Below are positions 18,511 to 27,630 of a stretch of 64,000 nucleotides of DNA, in pieces. The notes under the pieces were generated by a model that had not been told where the DNA came from, made no database searches, and saw only the letters and a list, made by a program, of their open reading frames with translations. Position numbers and translations under genes: made by a program. Within the stretch, counting starts at the first letter, position 1. Each line of letters starts with the position of its first letter. Source of the DNA: an uncultured delta proteobacterium (GTDB lineage: Bacteria; Desulfobacterota; Binatia; UBA9968); assembly GCA_963816145.1 (NCBI GenBank), contig CAWFJP010000014.1:128001-192000 (forward strand), given 5' to 3'.

Positions 18511-20259
18511 ATGACGATGCCAAACAAGACCGTGCCGGTTTCCACCGGCGCCGAGGCGTTTCTCGCGCAGATGCGCGCGCTCGGTTCGGTGCGTTACATG
18601 TTCGCCAACACCGGCACAGATCATGGTCCGTTGATCGAGGCGATGGCGCGGACGGCGGGCGAAGATCCGCGCGAGATTCGGCCCATCGTGGTGCCGCACG
18701 AGCAGGCGGCGGTATCGATGGCCCATGGTTATTACAACGTCACCCAACAGCCGCAGATGGTGCTGGTGCACACGCTGCCGGGCACGGCCAATGCTCTCGG
18801 CGGCGTCATCAACGCGGCGTCGGCCAACGTGCCGCTGTTTCTTTGCGCTGGGCGCACGCCGATCACCGAGGGCGAGCTGCGCGGCGGCAAGAGCCAGAAC
18901 ATTCACTGGCGTCAGGAATCGCGCGATCAAGGCGCTGTCGTCCGCGAATTCGTCAAGTGGGATTATGAAATTCGCACCAATCAAAACCTCGCCGCGGTAG
19001 TCGCGCGCGCCTACAAGATCGCCATGAGCGAGCCGCGCGGCCCCGTCTATATGACGCTGCCGCGCGAGTGGTTGGCCGAAGCGATGGAATCGACGCAGGT
19101 GTTTGCGCCGGACGCGCTGGCGCCGGCGAGTAAGACCCAAGCCGATCAAGCGTCGTTGGAGAAAACCGCCGACTGGCTGATCGCCTCCGATAGTCCGTTG
19201 ATCGTCACCAAGTATCTCGGCCGCAACCCCGAAGCGGTGCAGTCGTTGATCGAGTTGAGCGAGCTGTTGGCGATCCCCGTCGTGCAACAAATGACCTACG
19301 TCAATTTCCCCACTGACCATCCACTGCACTTGGGCACCCAGGTGACGAAATATGTGCGCAACGCGGACATGTTGTTTTTCATCGACACCGACGTGCCGTG
19401 GGAGCCGCCCAACCGCAATGTGTTGCGCGACGGTGTGAAGATCGTTCACCTCGAGCGCGATCCGCTGTTCACCGGCATTCCCGGTTGGGGGTTTCCCGCT
19501 GATTTGCCGGTGAGCGGTTGTTCCGAGGTCTCGCTGCCGGTGCTGAACGCAATCATCCGAAACAAGCTCAATGGCGGCGCGGTGACGCAAGCGAAATTGG
19601 ACGAGCGGCGCAAACAAACCGAAGCGGAACATCAAGTCATGATCCGCGAGATGGATGCCAGCGTCGAAGCGGTGAAAAATCAGTCGCCGATTCATCCGTA
19701 TTGGTTGTCGAAGTGCATCGCCGATGCGATGGACGATAAGACGATCATCGCCAATGAAACGATTACTTCGAAGCTCGCCGAGGTGATTCACTTGAATCGG
19801 CCGGGCTCGATGTTCAACACGCCGCTTGCCGGTCATCTCGGCTGGGGACTAGGCGCGGCGATCGGCATGAAGTTGGGAAATCCGGACGCCACCGTCATCG
19901 CCGCCGAAGGCGACGGTTCCTACATGTTCTGTGCGCCGACGGCCTGTCATTTCACCGCGCAGAAATATCAGATCCCATTTCTGACGGTGATCTATAACAA
20001 CCAGGTGTGGAACGCGAGTTTGAATGCAGCGCGCGGCCTCTATCCCGATGGCGTGGCAGCCAGGACGCGTAACTTTCCCGGCACCGATCTGACGCCGTCG
20101 CCCAACTTCGAGCTGACGGCGCAAGCCTGCGGCGCTTATGCGGCGCGAGTGGAAGACCCGGCGGCGTTGGCGGATGCGCTGGCGAAGGCGCTCAAAGTGG
20201 TGAAGGATGAAAAACGCCAGGCTCTGCTCAATGTAATCTGCAAAAATCCGCTGGCGTAA
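18511..20259 (+). CDS. Thiamine-diphosphate-dependent enzyme (ALS/benzoylformate decarboxylase-like)
   Basis: 'PHEQAAVSMAHGY', ThDP motif 'GDGS...NN'. Confidence 0.9.
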   Translation: MTMPNKTVPVSTGAEAFLAQMRALGSVRYMFANTGTDHGPLIEAMARTAGEDPREIRPIVVPHEQAAVSMAHGYYNVTQQPQMVLVHTLPGTANALGGVINAASANVPLFLCAGRTPITEGELRGGKSQNIHWRQESRDQGAVVREFVKWDYEIRTNQNLAAVVARAYKIAMSEPRGPVYMTLPREWLAEAMESTQVFAPDALAPASKTQADQASLEKTADWLIASDSPLIVTKYLGRNPEAVQSLIELSELLAIPVVQQMTYVNFPTDHPLHLGTQVTKYVRNADMLFFIDTDVPWEPPNRNVLRDGVKIVHLERDPLFTGIPGWGFPADLPVSGCSEVSLPVLNAIIRNKLNGGAVTQAKLDERRKQTEAEHQVMIREMDASVEAVKNQSPIHPYWLSKCIADAMDDKTIIANETITSKLAEVIHLNRPGSMFNTPLAGHLGWGLGAAIGMKLGNPDATVIAAEGDGSYMFCAPTACHFTAQKYQIPFLTVIYNNQVWNASLNAARGLYPDGVAARTRNFPGTDLTPSPNFELTAQACGAYAARVEDPAALADALAKALKVVKDEKRQALLNVICKNPLA

Positions 20260-20270
20260 CTCCCACTTCA

Positions 20271-20428
20271 TCCTCCCCCGCTATGCGGGGGAGGAAAGAG
20301 GAGGGGGATCGGCCGCAAAGCATGCAAAAGACGCAAAGTGGAACGAAGTATTCTTTCCACCACGAAGGTCACGAAGGACATGAAGTTTAGAAAATTAACT
20401 ATCCGAACCCTTCGCGCTCTTTGTGGTA
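20271..20428. repeat. Mosaic: GC hairpin + family B (CGCAAAG) arm + degenerate family A
   Basis: TCCTCCCCCGCTATGCGGGGGAGGA 20271-20295; CGCAAAG units 20314-20338; CACGAAG units 20357-20428. Confidence 0.8.
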
Positions 20429-20532
20429 AATGATCTCTGTGAGCAGCGCAGCAATGGCTTGCTTGCGCGTGGTTTTGACCATCGGCCGCCGACACGGAAA
20501 CAAGCGGGGTATAGAGTTAGTCGAGGTGAACT

Positions 20533-21240
20533 GTGAAAACGATTCGTCAGCAAATACATGTCGACGGCAGCGCGATGAATTTATTTTCGGCGCAGCCTGA
20601 TTCCAATGGGGCCTTGCCGGCGGTGCTGGTGATACAGCATCAGTATGGGGTGGACAAGTTCATGGAGGAGATGACCGAGCGTTTCGCGCGCGACGGCTTT
20701 TTCGCAATTTGTCCGGATCTGTACCATCGCGATGGGCCGGACTGTAAGGACGACGGGCCGACGCGGCGCGGCCGGGCGCGCGACAGCAATATCATCAACG
20801 ATGTCAACGCGACGATGGCGCACCTGCGCGCGAACAAACTTGTCGACAGCAAACGGGTGGCGATTCTCGGCTTCTGCATGGGCGGACGGGTCGCCTATTT
20901 GATGGCGGCGGCGAGCAAGGATTTCAAAGCGGCGATCACCTGGTATGGCGGCAGTTGCTTCCGCCAGTGGGGCGACGGGCCGACGCCGTTCGAACGGACA
21001 GCGCAGATCTCCTGTCCGATCCAAGGCCATTTTGGCGCGACTGATCAAAATCCGACGCTGGAAGATATGGCCAAGATGGACGCCGAGTTGACGAAGTTTG
21101 GCAAGGAGCATGAGTTTTTCGTCTACCAAGACACCGGCCACTCGTTCATGGACCCGCATCATCCCGACCGTTACGTGGAAAAGTCGGACCGGGAGTCATG
21201 GGCGCGCGGCTTGGAGTTCTTGCGGAAGAATTTGGGATAG
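20533..21240 (+). CDS. Dienelactone hydrolase family protein
   Basis: Nucleophile elbow GFCMGG; C-terminal 'GHSF'. Confidence 0.9.
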   Translation: MKTIRQQIHVDGSAMNLFSAQPDSNGALPAVLVIQHQYGVDKFMEEMTERFARDGFFAICPDLYHRDGPDCKDDGPTRRGRARDSNIINDVNATMAHLRANKLVDSKRVAILGFCMGGRVAYLMAAASKDFKAAITWYGGSCFRQWGDGPTPFERTAQISCPIQGHFGATDQNPTLEDMAKMDAELTKFGKEHEFFVYQDTGHSFMDPHHPDRYVEKSDRESWARGLEFLRKNLG

Positions 21241-21245
21241 GGATC

Positions 21246-21327
21246 TCACCACGAAGATCACGAAGGACACGAAGGGTTCGGAAAAATATTAATCCGAACT
21301 TCGTGCTCTTCGTGTCCTTCGTGGTGA
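21246..21327. repeat. Periodic palindrome family A (opposite orientation)
   Basis: Nearly the reverse complement of 15869-15950. Confidence 0.95.
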
Positions 21328-21361
21328 TCAAGGAATTTAACAATTAGGAGCAGCTGCGGAC

Positions 21362-22351
21362 ATGGCGAACAAACCGAAAATCACTTTCTCGACCAATCCG
21401 AATCCGCGCAATCGCGCGCTCATCGACGGACTGATCCCGGTCGACGGTTACGATCTGGAATACGTCGGTGACAAATACTCGCCCGGCGAAATGCATTATC
21501 GTTTCGTCCAGGGCGAATTCGATATCGCCGAGATGTCGACAGCGACCTTGATGCGCGCCAAGGAAAAGGGCAAGCGTTTCTTGGCCTTGCCGGTGTTCTT
21601 CCAGCGCGGGCCGCGCCAGCGCAATATTTTTCACTGCGCCGGCAAGGTTAATCACCCGAGTGAACTTAAAGGCAAACAGATCGGCGCCTTTCGTTACGGC
21701 GCCACGGCGGTGTCCTGGGCGCGCGGTTATCTGCTCGACGAGCATGGCATTAAGACTACCGATGTCGGTTGGTTCGTGTCGGGACAGGAAGTTTACATCG
21801 GCAACGAACTGCCGGTGAAGGTCGAGCGGCTCGATCCGCCGCCGCCGTTCGGCCAAGAGAAGTCGCATTTGTCCCGGCTGTTGAGCGAAGGCAAGCTCGG
21901 GGCCGCATTGGTAGCAGGAGATTCGGGCTACACGGGCTTGTTCGGCGGCGGCTCGCTGCCGGGCGCGATGGGGCAATTCCCCGGTGTGAAGCCGCTGTTC
22001 GACGATACTGAAGAAATTGTCCGCTACGTCAAACGGACGCAGATCTATCCGATCATCCATATCATGGCGATCAACGAGGAGACTGCGGAGAAATATCCCG
22101 ACCTGGCGGCCAAACTGATCGAAGCGTTTCGGGAAGCGAATCGACTGGCGCCGAGGTATCTGACGGCAGCGCAGGCGGAAGGTTATGCGAAGGAGCGCGA
22201 CGTATTGGGGTATGATCCCTATGCCGGCGTATTGACGGAGGCGGATAAGAAATCTTTGCACGCTCTCAACCGCTACCAGATCGAGCAGGGTTTGGTGAAG
22301 AAAGAGCTGCCGATCGAGAGCTTGTTCGTCAAGGAAGCGTTCACAATGTAA
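21362..22351 (+). CDS. 4,5-dihydroxyphthalate decarboxylase-like (SBP-fold, no signal peptide)
   Basis: 'FDIAEMS', 'ALPVF', 'WARG.L.DEHG', 'IYPIIH'. Confidence 0.75.
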   Translation: MANKPKITFSTNPNPRNRALIDGLIPVDGYDLEYVGDKYSPGEMHYRFVQGEFDIAEMSTATLMRAKEKGKRFLALPVFFQRGPRQRNIFHCAGKVNHPSELKGKQIGAFRYGATAVSWARGYLLDEHGIKTTDVGWFVSGQEVYIGNELPVKVERLDPPPPFGQEKSHLSRLLSEGKLGAALVAGDSGYTGLFGGGSLPGAMGQFPGVKPLFDDTEEIVRYVKRTQIYPIIHIMAINEETAEKYPDLAAKLIEAFREANRLAPRYLTAAQAEGYAKERDVLGYDPYAGVLTEADKKSLHALNRYQIEQGLVKKELPIESLFVKEAFTM

Positions 22352-22425
22352 GGCTGAAGTTCGAAGGATGAAGGCTGAAGTTCTCGATCTCCTTTTCATC
22401 CTTCCGCCCTCCGACTTCATCCTTT
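22351..22425. repeat. 7-bp-period inverted array (GAAG/CTTC; family D)
   Basis: GAAG at 22356, 22363, 22370, 22377; CTTC-like at 22394, 22401, 22408, 22415, 22422. Confidence 0.85.
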
Positions 22426-22456
22426 AATTAATTGATCCGTTTACATCGAGGTGACC

Positions 22457-24349
22457 ATGGCAGCGAGTGACGATCTGTTCCCGGCGCGACGCACAACCCC
22501 GCTCCCCGGTGGATACATGGGTAAGATTTTGCGCGTCGATATGACCACCGGTACGCTGACCGACGAGAACTTGCCGGAGGAGCCGGATCTGCGCCGGTTC
22601 ATCGGCGGCCAGGCGCTGGCGCTTTACATTCTCATGCGCGAACAAGCGTTGAATGTGAAACCTCTCGATCCGGCGGCAAAGATGGTGATGATGACCGGAC
22701 CGCTGACGGGCACGGGGTTGACGCCTGGCGGGACGAAAGTTTGTGCGGTGTTCTTGAGCCCCATGACCAACAATACGCTCGGCCGCGGCGCGGCGAGCGG
22801 CTACTGGGCTGCCTATCTCAAACAAGCGGGTTACGACGGCATCATCATTCAAGGCGCGGCAAAGTCGCCGCAGTATTTATTCATCGACGATGGCAAGCCC
22901 GAGCTGCGCAATGCGCGCGAGTTTTGGGGCAAAGGGTCGCGTGACACTGAGAAGCTGCTACGCGCTGACGTCGGTATCAAGGACGCGCGCGTCATGGGTA
23001 TCGGCCCTGCCGGCGAGCATTTAGTCAATGCGGCGATGCTGTGCAACGACTTCAATCATTCGGCGTCACACAGCGGCGGCGCGATCTTCGGCTCGAAGAT
23101 GCTCAAGGGAATCGTGGTGTACGGCACCAAGCGGCCGCCGTTGCACGATAAGGCGGCGCTCATCGAAGCCGGTCTGCGCTGGCGCAAGACGTTGCAGCAA
23201 TATTCCCTTAAAGACCGCTACAGCACCGGCCATGCGCGCCATCTCGAAGCGCTGCCCAACAATAACATGCAGAGCACGTTGATCGGCGATCACAACCGCG
23301 GCTTCGATCAGAATCGGGTCGTCCAGAGACCATGCTTTCAATGCGCGCGGCTTTGTCCTTGGGATGTCGAGATCGGCGAGGGCGAGTTCAAAGGCAAGGT
23401 CGGCCACTTCAACGCTGGCGCCGAGTGGTTAGATACTTTTTGGAATCTCGGCGTCAAAGGCAACGCGACGCTTTATCTGGCCGAGCGCATCAACGATCTC
23501 GGCATCGAGTGCGGCCACTTTTCCTTTGGCGCCGGGGTCTTGTTCGAAGCGTATGAGAAAGGTTTGGTCACCGAGAAGGATTGCGACGGAATGAAACTCG
23601 AATGGGGCAACGTCGAAGCGATCGATAAATTATTGACGATGACCGCGCGGCGCCAGGGCAAGTGGGGAAACTTGATCGCCGACGGGCCGCTCGAAGTGGC
23701 CGAGGCGATCGGCGGTGACGCTGTACACTGGGTAGTCCACACCAAGCGCGGAGTGCCGGCGATGCACGACTGGCGGCCGCATTTCTCGAACATGCTGCGC
23801 GAGATAGTCGCCAGCGGCGGCATGAAACCGCAGGGCGGAGGTCAGGCCAATCCACCGCCGGATTTGAAGTACCGCGAAAAGTGGGGGCCGCTCGACCGCG
23901 ACGATCCGGCGGGCTGGCCGCAGTCCAACGTCAACGCTGAACAGTATCGTCAATTCGTCGGCATCATGGGCGGCTGCTGGTTCGCCCAGATGCATGGCAA
24001 ACCGGATGGATTAAAGAGCATCGTCGATTCGTTCAACGCCATCACCGGCTGGAATTTCACACTCGACGACGCGATGTTGGCCGGCCACCGCAGCGCGATT
24101 TTACAAAGCCTCTTCGCCACCCAGCGTGGCTGGATCGCTGACCACGACTGGCAGCAGGTGGGCCAACGCTTCCTCGACCCGGTGCCCGACGGCAAATACC
24201 AAGGCTTCACCATCGCCAAGTGGCTTCCCGAAATGGTCCGCGAATACTATCAACTCTCCGGCCGTCACGAAAAAACCGGACGGCCATTCATGGACACGTT
24301 GAAGTTGTTAGGGTTGGAAGAATTCAGCGAGTGGGCGCAGTTGGATTAG
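22457..24349 (+). CDS. Aldehyde:ferredoxin oxidoreductase family (tungstopterin, AOR/WOR)
   Basis: 'GYMGKILRVD', 'LKQAGYDGIIIQG', 'IGPAGE', Cys motif CFQCARLC plus distal GGCWF. Confidence 0.9.
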   Translation: MAASDDLFPARRTTPLPGGYMGKILRVDMTTGTLTDENLPEEPDLRRFIGGQALALYILMREQALNVKPLDPAAKMVMMTGPLTGTGLTPGGTKVCAVFLSPMTNNTLGRGAASGYWAAYLKQAGYDGIIIQGAAKSPQYLFIDDGKPELRNAREFWGKGSRDTEKLLRADVGIKDARVMGIGPAGEHLVNAAMLCNDFNHSASHSGGAIFGSKMLKGIVVYGTKRPPLHDKAALIEAGLRWRKTLQQYSLKDRYSTGHARHLEALPNNNMQSTLIGDHNRGFDQNRVVQRPCFQCARLCPWDVEIGEGEFKGKVGHFNAGAEWLDTFWNLGVKGNATLYLAERINDLGIECGHFSFGAGVLFEAYEKGLVTEKDCDGMKLEWGNVEAIDKLLTMTARRQGKWGNLIADGPLEVAEAIGGDAVHWVVHTKRGVPAMHDWRPHFSNMLREIVASGGMKPQGGGQANPPPDLKYREKWGPLDRDDPAGWPQSNVNAEQYRQFVGIMGGCWFAQMHGKPDGLKSIVDSFNAITGWNFTLDDAMLAGHRSAILQSLFATQRGWIADHDWQQVGQRFLDPVPDGKYQGFTIAKWLPEMVREYYQLSGRHEKTGRPFMDTLKLLGLEEFSEWAQLD

Positions 24350-24463
24350 GGCGCTGCACCACCGCGCTTTTCAAGTTTCAACAATCATTGTTCAACTTTA
24401 GGTATTCGGATTTGGCGCGGCAACATTTTTGGACATCATGAACCGAGTATTCTTGGATTTAAG

Positions 24464-25495
24464 ATGAAAAATATTTGTGTGGCGATTTTAATCGCTTTTT
24501 CGATTTTAGGATCGCCAGTTTTTGCCCAAACGCCTTTCTACCAGGGTAAAACCGTCCAGATCCGCGTCGGCTTCGCCGCCGGCGGGGCATTCGATGTTTG
24601 GGCGCGGGTGATTGCCAGTTATCTGGGCCGGTTCGTGCCGGGGAATCCGACGTTTGTCGTGCAAAACATGACCGGCGGCGGGTCGATGATTGCGGCGAAT
24701 TACGTTTACGGCGTGGCCAAACCGGATGGCTTGACGCTCGGTGTGGTCAGTCCGGCGATGTATATCGAGCAAGTGACGGGGAAGAAGGAAGTTCAGTACG
24801 ATTGGTTCAAGTTTAGCTTTGTCGGTTCGCCGGAGAAGACCGATCGGATATTTTACATGCGTGCCGATACCGGCATTAAAACGCTGGAAGATATGCGCAC
24901 GGTGGCGGATCCGCCGCGCTGCGGCTCCACCGGCATCGGCAGCGCTGCTTACTATTTCCCGCGGCTGTTGCAGGATGCTTTCGGACTTAAACTCATGATC
25001 GTGCCTGGCTATCCTGGGGCAGCCGACGTTAATTTGGCGATCGAGAAGGGTGAGGTTCAATGTTTCAGCGGCACGGTGCAGGCTTTTTTCGGCAGCGAAC
25101 CGCTGCGTAGTTGGTCGAAAACCGGTTTCACCCGTGTGCTGGTTCAGGGCGGCGCCAAACGCGATGCGCGCATGTCGAGCGTCCCGACTCTGTGGGAGTT
25201 GATGGATAAAAATAAGACCAACGAGATATACCGCCGCTTGGCGAAGATTCTTCTCATCCCCGACGATATGGGCCGGCCGCTCTTCGGATCGCCGGGGATG
25301 CCGGCGGATCGTCTGAAAATATTGCGTGACGGTTTCAACAAGATGATGAACGATTCTGAGCTGATCGCCGAGGCGAAGAAAAAGGGGCTGGATGTCACGC
25401 CATTGAGCGGCGAGGATCTCGACGCGTTGATCAAAGAGGCCGGCGTGCCTTCGGCTGATATGGTTCAACGGCTGAAACCGCTGATGGAGAATTAG
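24464..25495 (+). CDS. Tripartite tricarboxylate transporter substrate-binding protein (Bug/TctC)
   Basis: 'FYQGKTV..VGFAAGG.FD..AR', 'PGNPTFVVQNM.GGG'. Confidence 0.9.
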   Translation: MKNICVAILIAFSILGSPVFAQTPFYQGKTVQIRVGFAAGGAFDVWARVIASYLGRFVPGNPTFVVQNMTGGGSMIAANYVYGVAKPDGLTLGVVSPAMYIEQVTGKKEVQYDWFKFSFVGSPEKTDRIFYMRADTGIKTLEDMRTVADPPRCGSTGIGSAAYYFPRLLQDAFGLKLMIVPGYPGAADVNLAIEKGEVQCFSGTVQAFFGSEPLRSWSKTGFTRVLVQGGAKRDARMSSVPTLWELMDKNKTNEIYRRLAKILLIPDDMGRPLFGSPGMPADRLKILRDGFNKMMNDSELIAEAKKKGLDVTPLSGEDLDALIKEAGVPSADMVQRLKPLMEN

Positions 25496-25602
25496 CGACA
25501 GAGAGTTGGCTCCACAGAACCCAACGAACGATTGGGCTTTGTCGGGGTGGCATCAAATCCGCCTTAATGGCGCTCCGGCGCAACCGAAAGAGTGACTCAA
25601 GC

Positions 25603-26361
25603 ATGGCAAGCACGATTTACGACGTCACCGGTCAAACGGCGTTGATTACTGGCGGCGCTAGCGGAATCGGCCGGGCGATGGCGGAAGCGCTGGGTAAGGC
25701 CGGCGCGAAGGTTTGGCTGGCGTCGCGGGATGCAGCGGCGATCGGCCGGGCGGTGGATGAGTTGCGCAGCGCCGGTATCACGGCGGAAGGGGCGCAACTC
25801 GATGTCACGCATCGTATTCAAATCGAGAATCTTACCGGGCACATTGTCAAGCAGGATGGCAAGATTGATATCCTGATTAACTGTGCCGGAGTGATGATCA
25901 AACATCCGGTGCTGGAAATGCCAGATGAGGTTTGGGACCACGTGATCGGCGTTAATTTGAAGGGCGCCTTTCTGTGCACCCAGGCGGTGGCGCGCGGCAT
26001 GATCGCGCGCGGCTACGGCCGGATCATTCATTTTTCCTCGGGCCATGTGAAAGGCAACGCGACCAACTCGGCCTACGCTGCGTCGAAGGGCGGGGTTGAA
26101 GCCTTCACGCGTACGTTCGCCGCGGAGTTAGCACAACTCAACGTCGACGTGACGATCAATGCGGTGGAGCCGGGCGGCACCGATACGCCGATGTGGCGCC
26201 GCGGCAAGAGCAAGGAGTATATCCAGCAGGCGCTGAAGTCCGGCCGGATACGTTCTGCGGATCATATGGCTTCGACGATCGTTTATTTGGCGAGCCGCGC
26301 GAGCGCGGCGATCAACGGGCAAGTGATCGAGCGGGGGGCTAAGCCCCCGCTCGGTTCGTAG
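25603..26361 (+). CDS. Short-chain dehydrogenase/reductase
   Basis: TGGASGIG, NCAG, YAASK. Confidence 0.9.
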   Translation: MASTIYDVTGQTALITGGASGIGRAMAEALGKAGAKVWLASRDAAAIGRAVDELRSAGITAEGAQLDVTHRIQIENLTGHIVKQDGKIDILINCAGVMIKHPVLEMPDEVWDHVIGVNLKGAFLCTQAVARGMIARGYGRIIHFSSGHVKGNATNSAYAASKGGVEAFTRTFAAELAQLNVDVTINAVEPGGTDTPMWRRGKSKEYIQQALKSGRIRSADHMASTIVYLASRASAAINGQVIERGAKPPLGS

Positions 26362-26400
26362 CTGCTGGATTTCAGTCTTTGAGTGCTCGACTCGAATCTT

Positions 26401-26433
26401 ACTCGTGCCTCAAGCCTCGCGCCTCATGCCTTC
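26401..26433. repeat. 7-bp-period CCTCnnG array (family D, single arm)
   Basis: ACTCGTG CCTCAAG CCTCGCG CCTCATG. Confidence 0.65.
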
Positions 26434-27516
26434 TCAGAAATTAATAACCGCTTTGACGACCGAGTAGCTGGCCATCGCTTGCATCGCTTCGTTGATCTGA
26501 TCGAGCTTGTAGCTCTTGCTGATCATCTCTTCGAAGGGAAAGATTTTCCGCCGCGAGGCGAGAAAGTCGATGGCCTGGAGCCAGTGGCGCGGTTCGCCCG
26601 AACGGATCGTGATGAACAACATTTCTTGCGGAATTTTCTCCACCGCGATATTGGCTTTGCCGCCGGCGCCGATGTTCAAGTAGCGGCCGCCGTCGCGCAG
26701 CAGTGTTAATCCTTCCGGCACCGCCATGTTGTTGGCGACCTGGACCACGACGTCAGCGCCGCGGCCGTCGGTGTGATCCTTGACCCACTGGCGGCGCAGT
26801 TTCTCGTCGGTCACCTCTTCGAGATTCAGTACCGCGTCGGCGCCCATTTTTTTGGTGACTTCCAAACGATTGGCCGGCGCACCGATGACTAAAACTTTTT
26901 TCGCGCCATGATCTTTGGCGACCGCGGTGGCAAAATTGCCGAGCGGGCCGCTGCCTTGGATCACCACGGTCTCATGGCTTTTGATCGCGCCGAGCCGGTC
27001 GTAGCCATGCATGACCGTGCGGTAGGCGCAGGCCGAGGCGGCTGCCGACGCCGAGGTCACTTCGTCGGGAACTTTGATGATCAAACATTCCTTGGGCACA
27101 TACATGTACTCGGCGCAGCTGCCGAGCAGATAGGGATGCTGGTCGCTGCGATTGTGGCCCCAGGATGCGCGGCCGCGGCAGATGCACGGCTGGCAGGCGA
27201 CAGTGCAATAGTAACAAGAACCGCAAGCAACATAGCTCCAGACAACGCGATCGCCGCGTTTTACTGGATTGCCCAAAATATCGGTGCGCTCACCGGCGAT
27301 GTCTTGGACCGTGCCGCAAGGCTCGTGGCCCGTGATGATCGGTAGCGTGTCCTTATCACCCAGCGGCCCATGCCAGCGGTGTACGTCGGTGCCGCACAGC
27401 GTCGAAGCGGTGATTTTGATCAGTAACGATCCCGGATCGAGATTGGGGATTTGCACCTTTTGAATGGTCAGCGGTTTGTTGTGTTCGGTGATGACAGCGG
27501 CATTGCAAGTTTCCAT
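26434..27516 (-). CDS. Zn-dependent alcohol dehydrogenase (MDR)
   Basis: CGTDVH, GHE, CxxCxxC structural Zn, GSGPLG. Confidence 0.9.
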   Translation of the reverse strand: METCNAAVITEHNKPLTIQKVQIPNLDPGSLLIKITASTLCGTDVHRWHGPLGDKDTLPIITGHEPCGTVQDIAGERTDILGNPVKRGDRVVWSYVACGSCYYCTVACQPCICRGRASWGHNRSDQHPYLLGSCAEYMYVPKECLIIKVPDEVTSASAAASACAYRTVMHGYDRLGAIKSHETVVIQGSGPLGNFATAVAKDHGAKKVLVIGAPANRLEVTKKMGADAVLNLEEVTDEKLRRQWVKDHTDGRGADVVVQVANNMAVPEGLTLLRDGGRYLNIGAGGKANIAVEKIPQEMLFITIRSGEPRHWLQAIDFLASRRKIFPFEEMISKSYKLDQINEAMQAMASYSVVKAVINF

Positions 27517-27547
27517 GGCGTTTCCTTTCGTCGCGACGGTTTAAGTT

Positions 27548-27614
27548 TGGAACATCTGGAACCCCTGGAACGATTGGAACCGTTCCAAAAGTTCCAATCG
27601 TTCCAGCCGTTCCA
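27548..27614. repeat. Perfect dyad of family C: (TGGAACnnn)4 / (GTTCCAnnn)4
   Basis: TGGAAC at 27548, 27557, 27566, 27575; GTTCCA at 27582, 27591, 27600, 27609. Confidence 0.95.
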
Positions 27615-27630
27615 CTCGGAATTGGCAATT

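Noticed and set aside
18427-19836. 469-aa minus-strand ORF
   Set aside because: Antisense shadow of the ThDP enzyme
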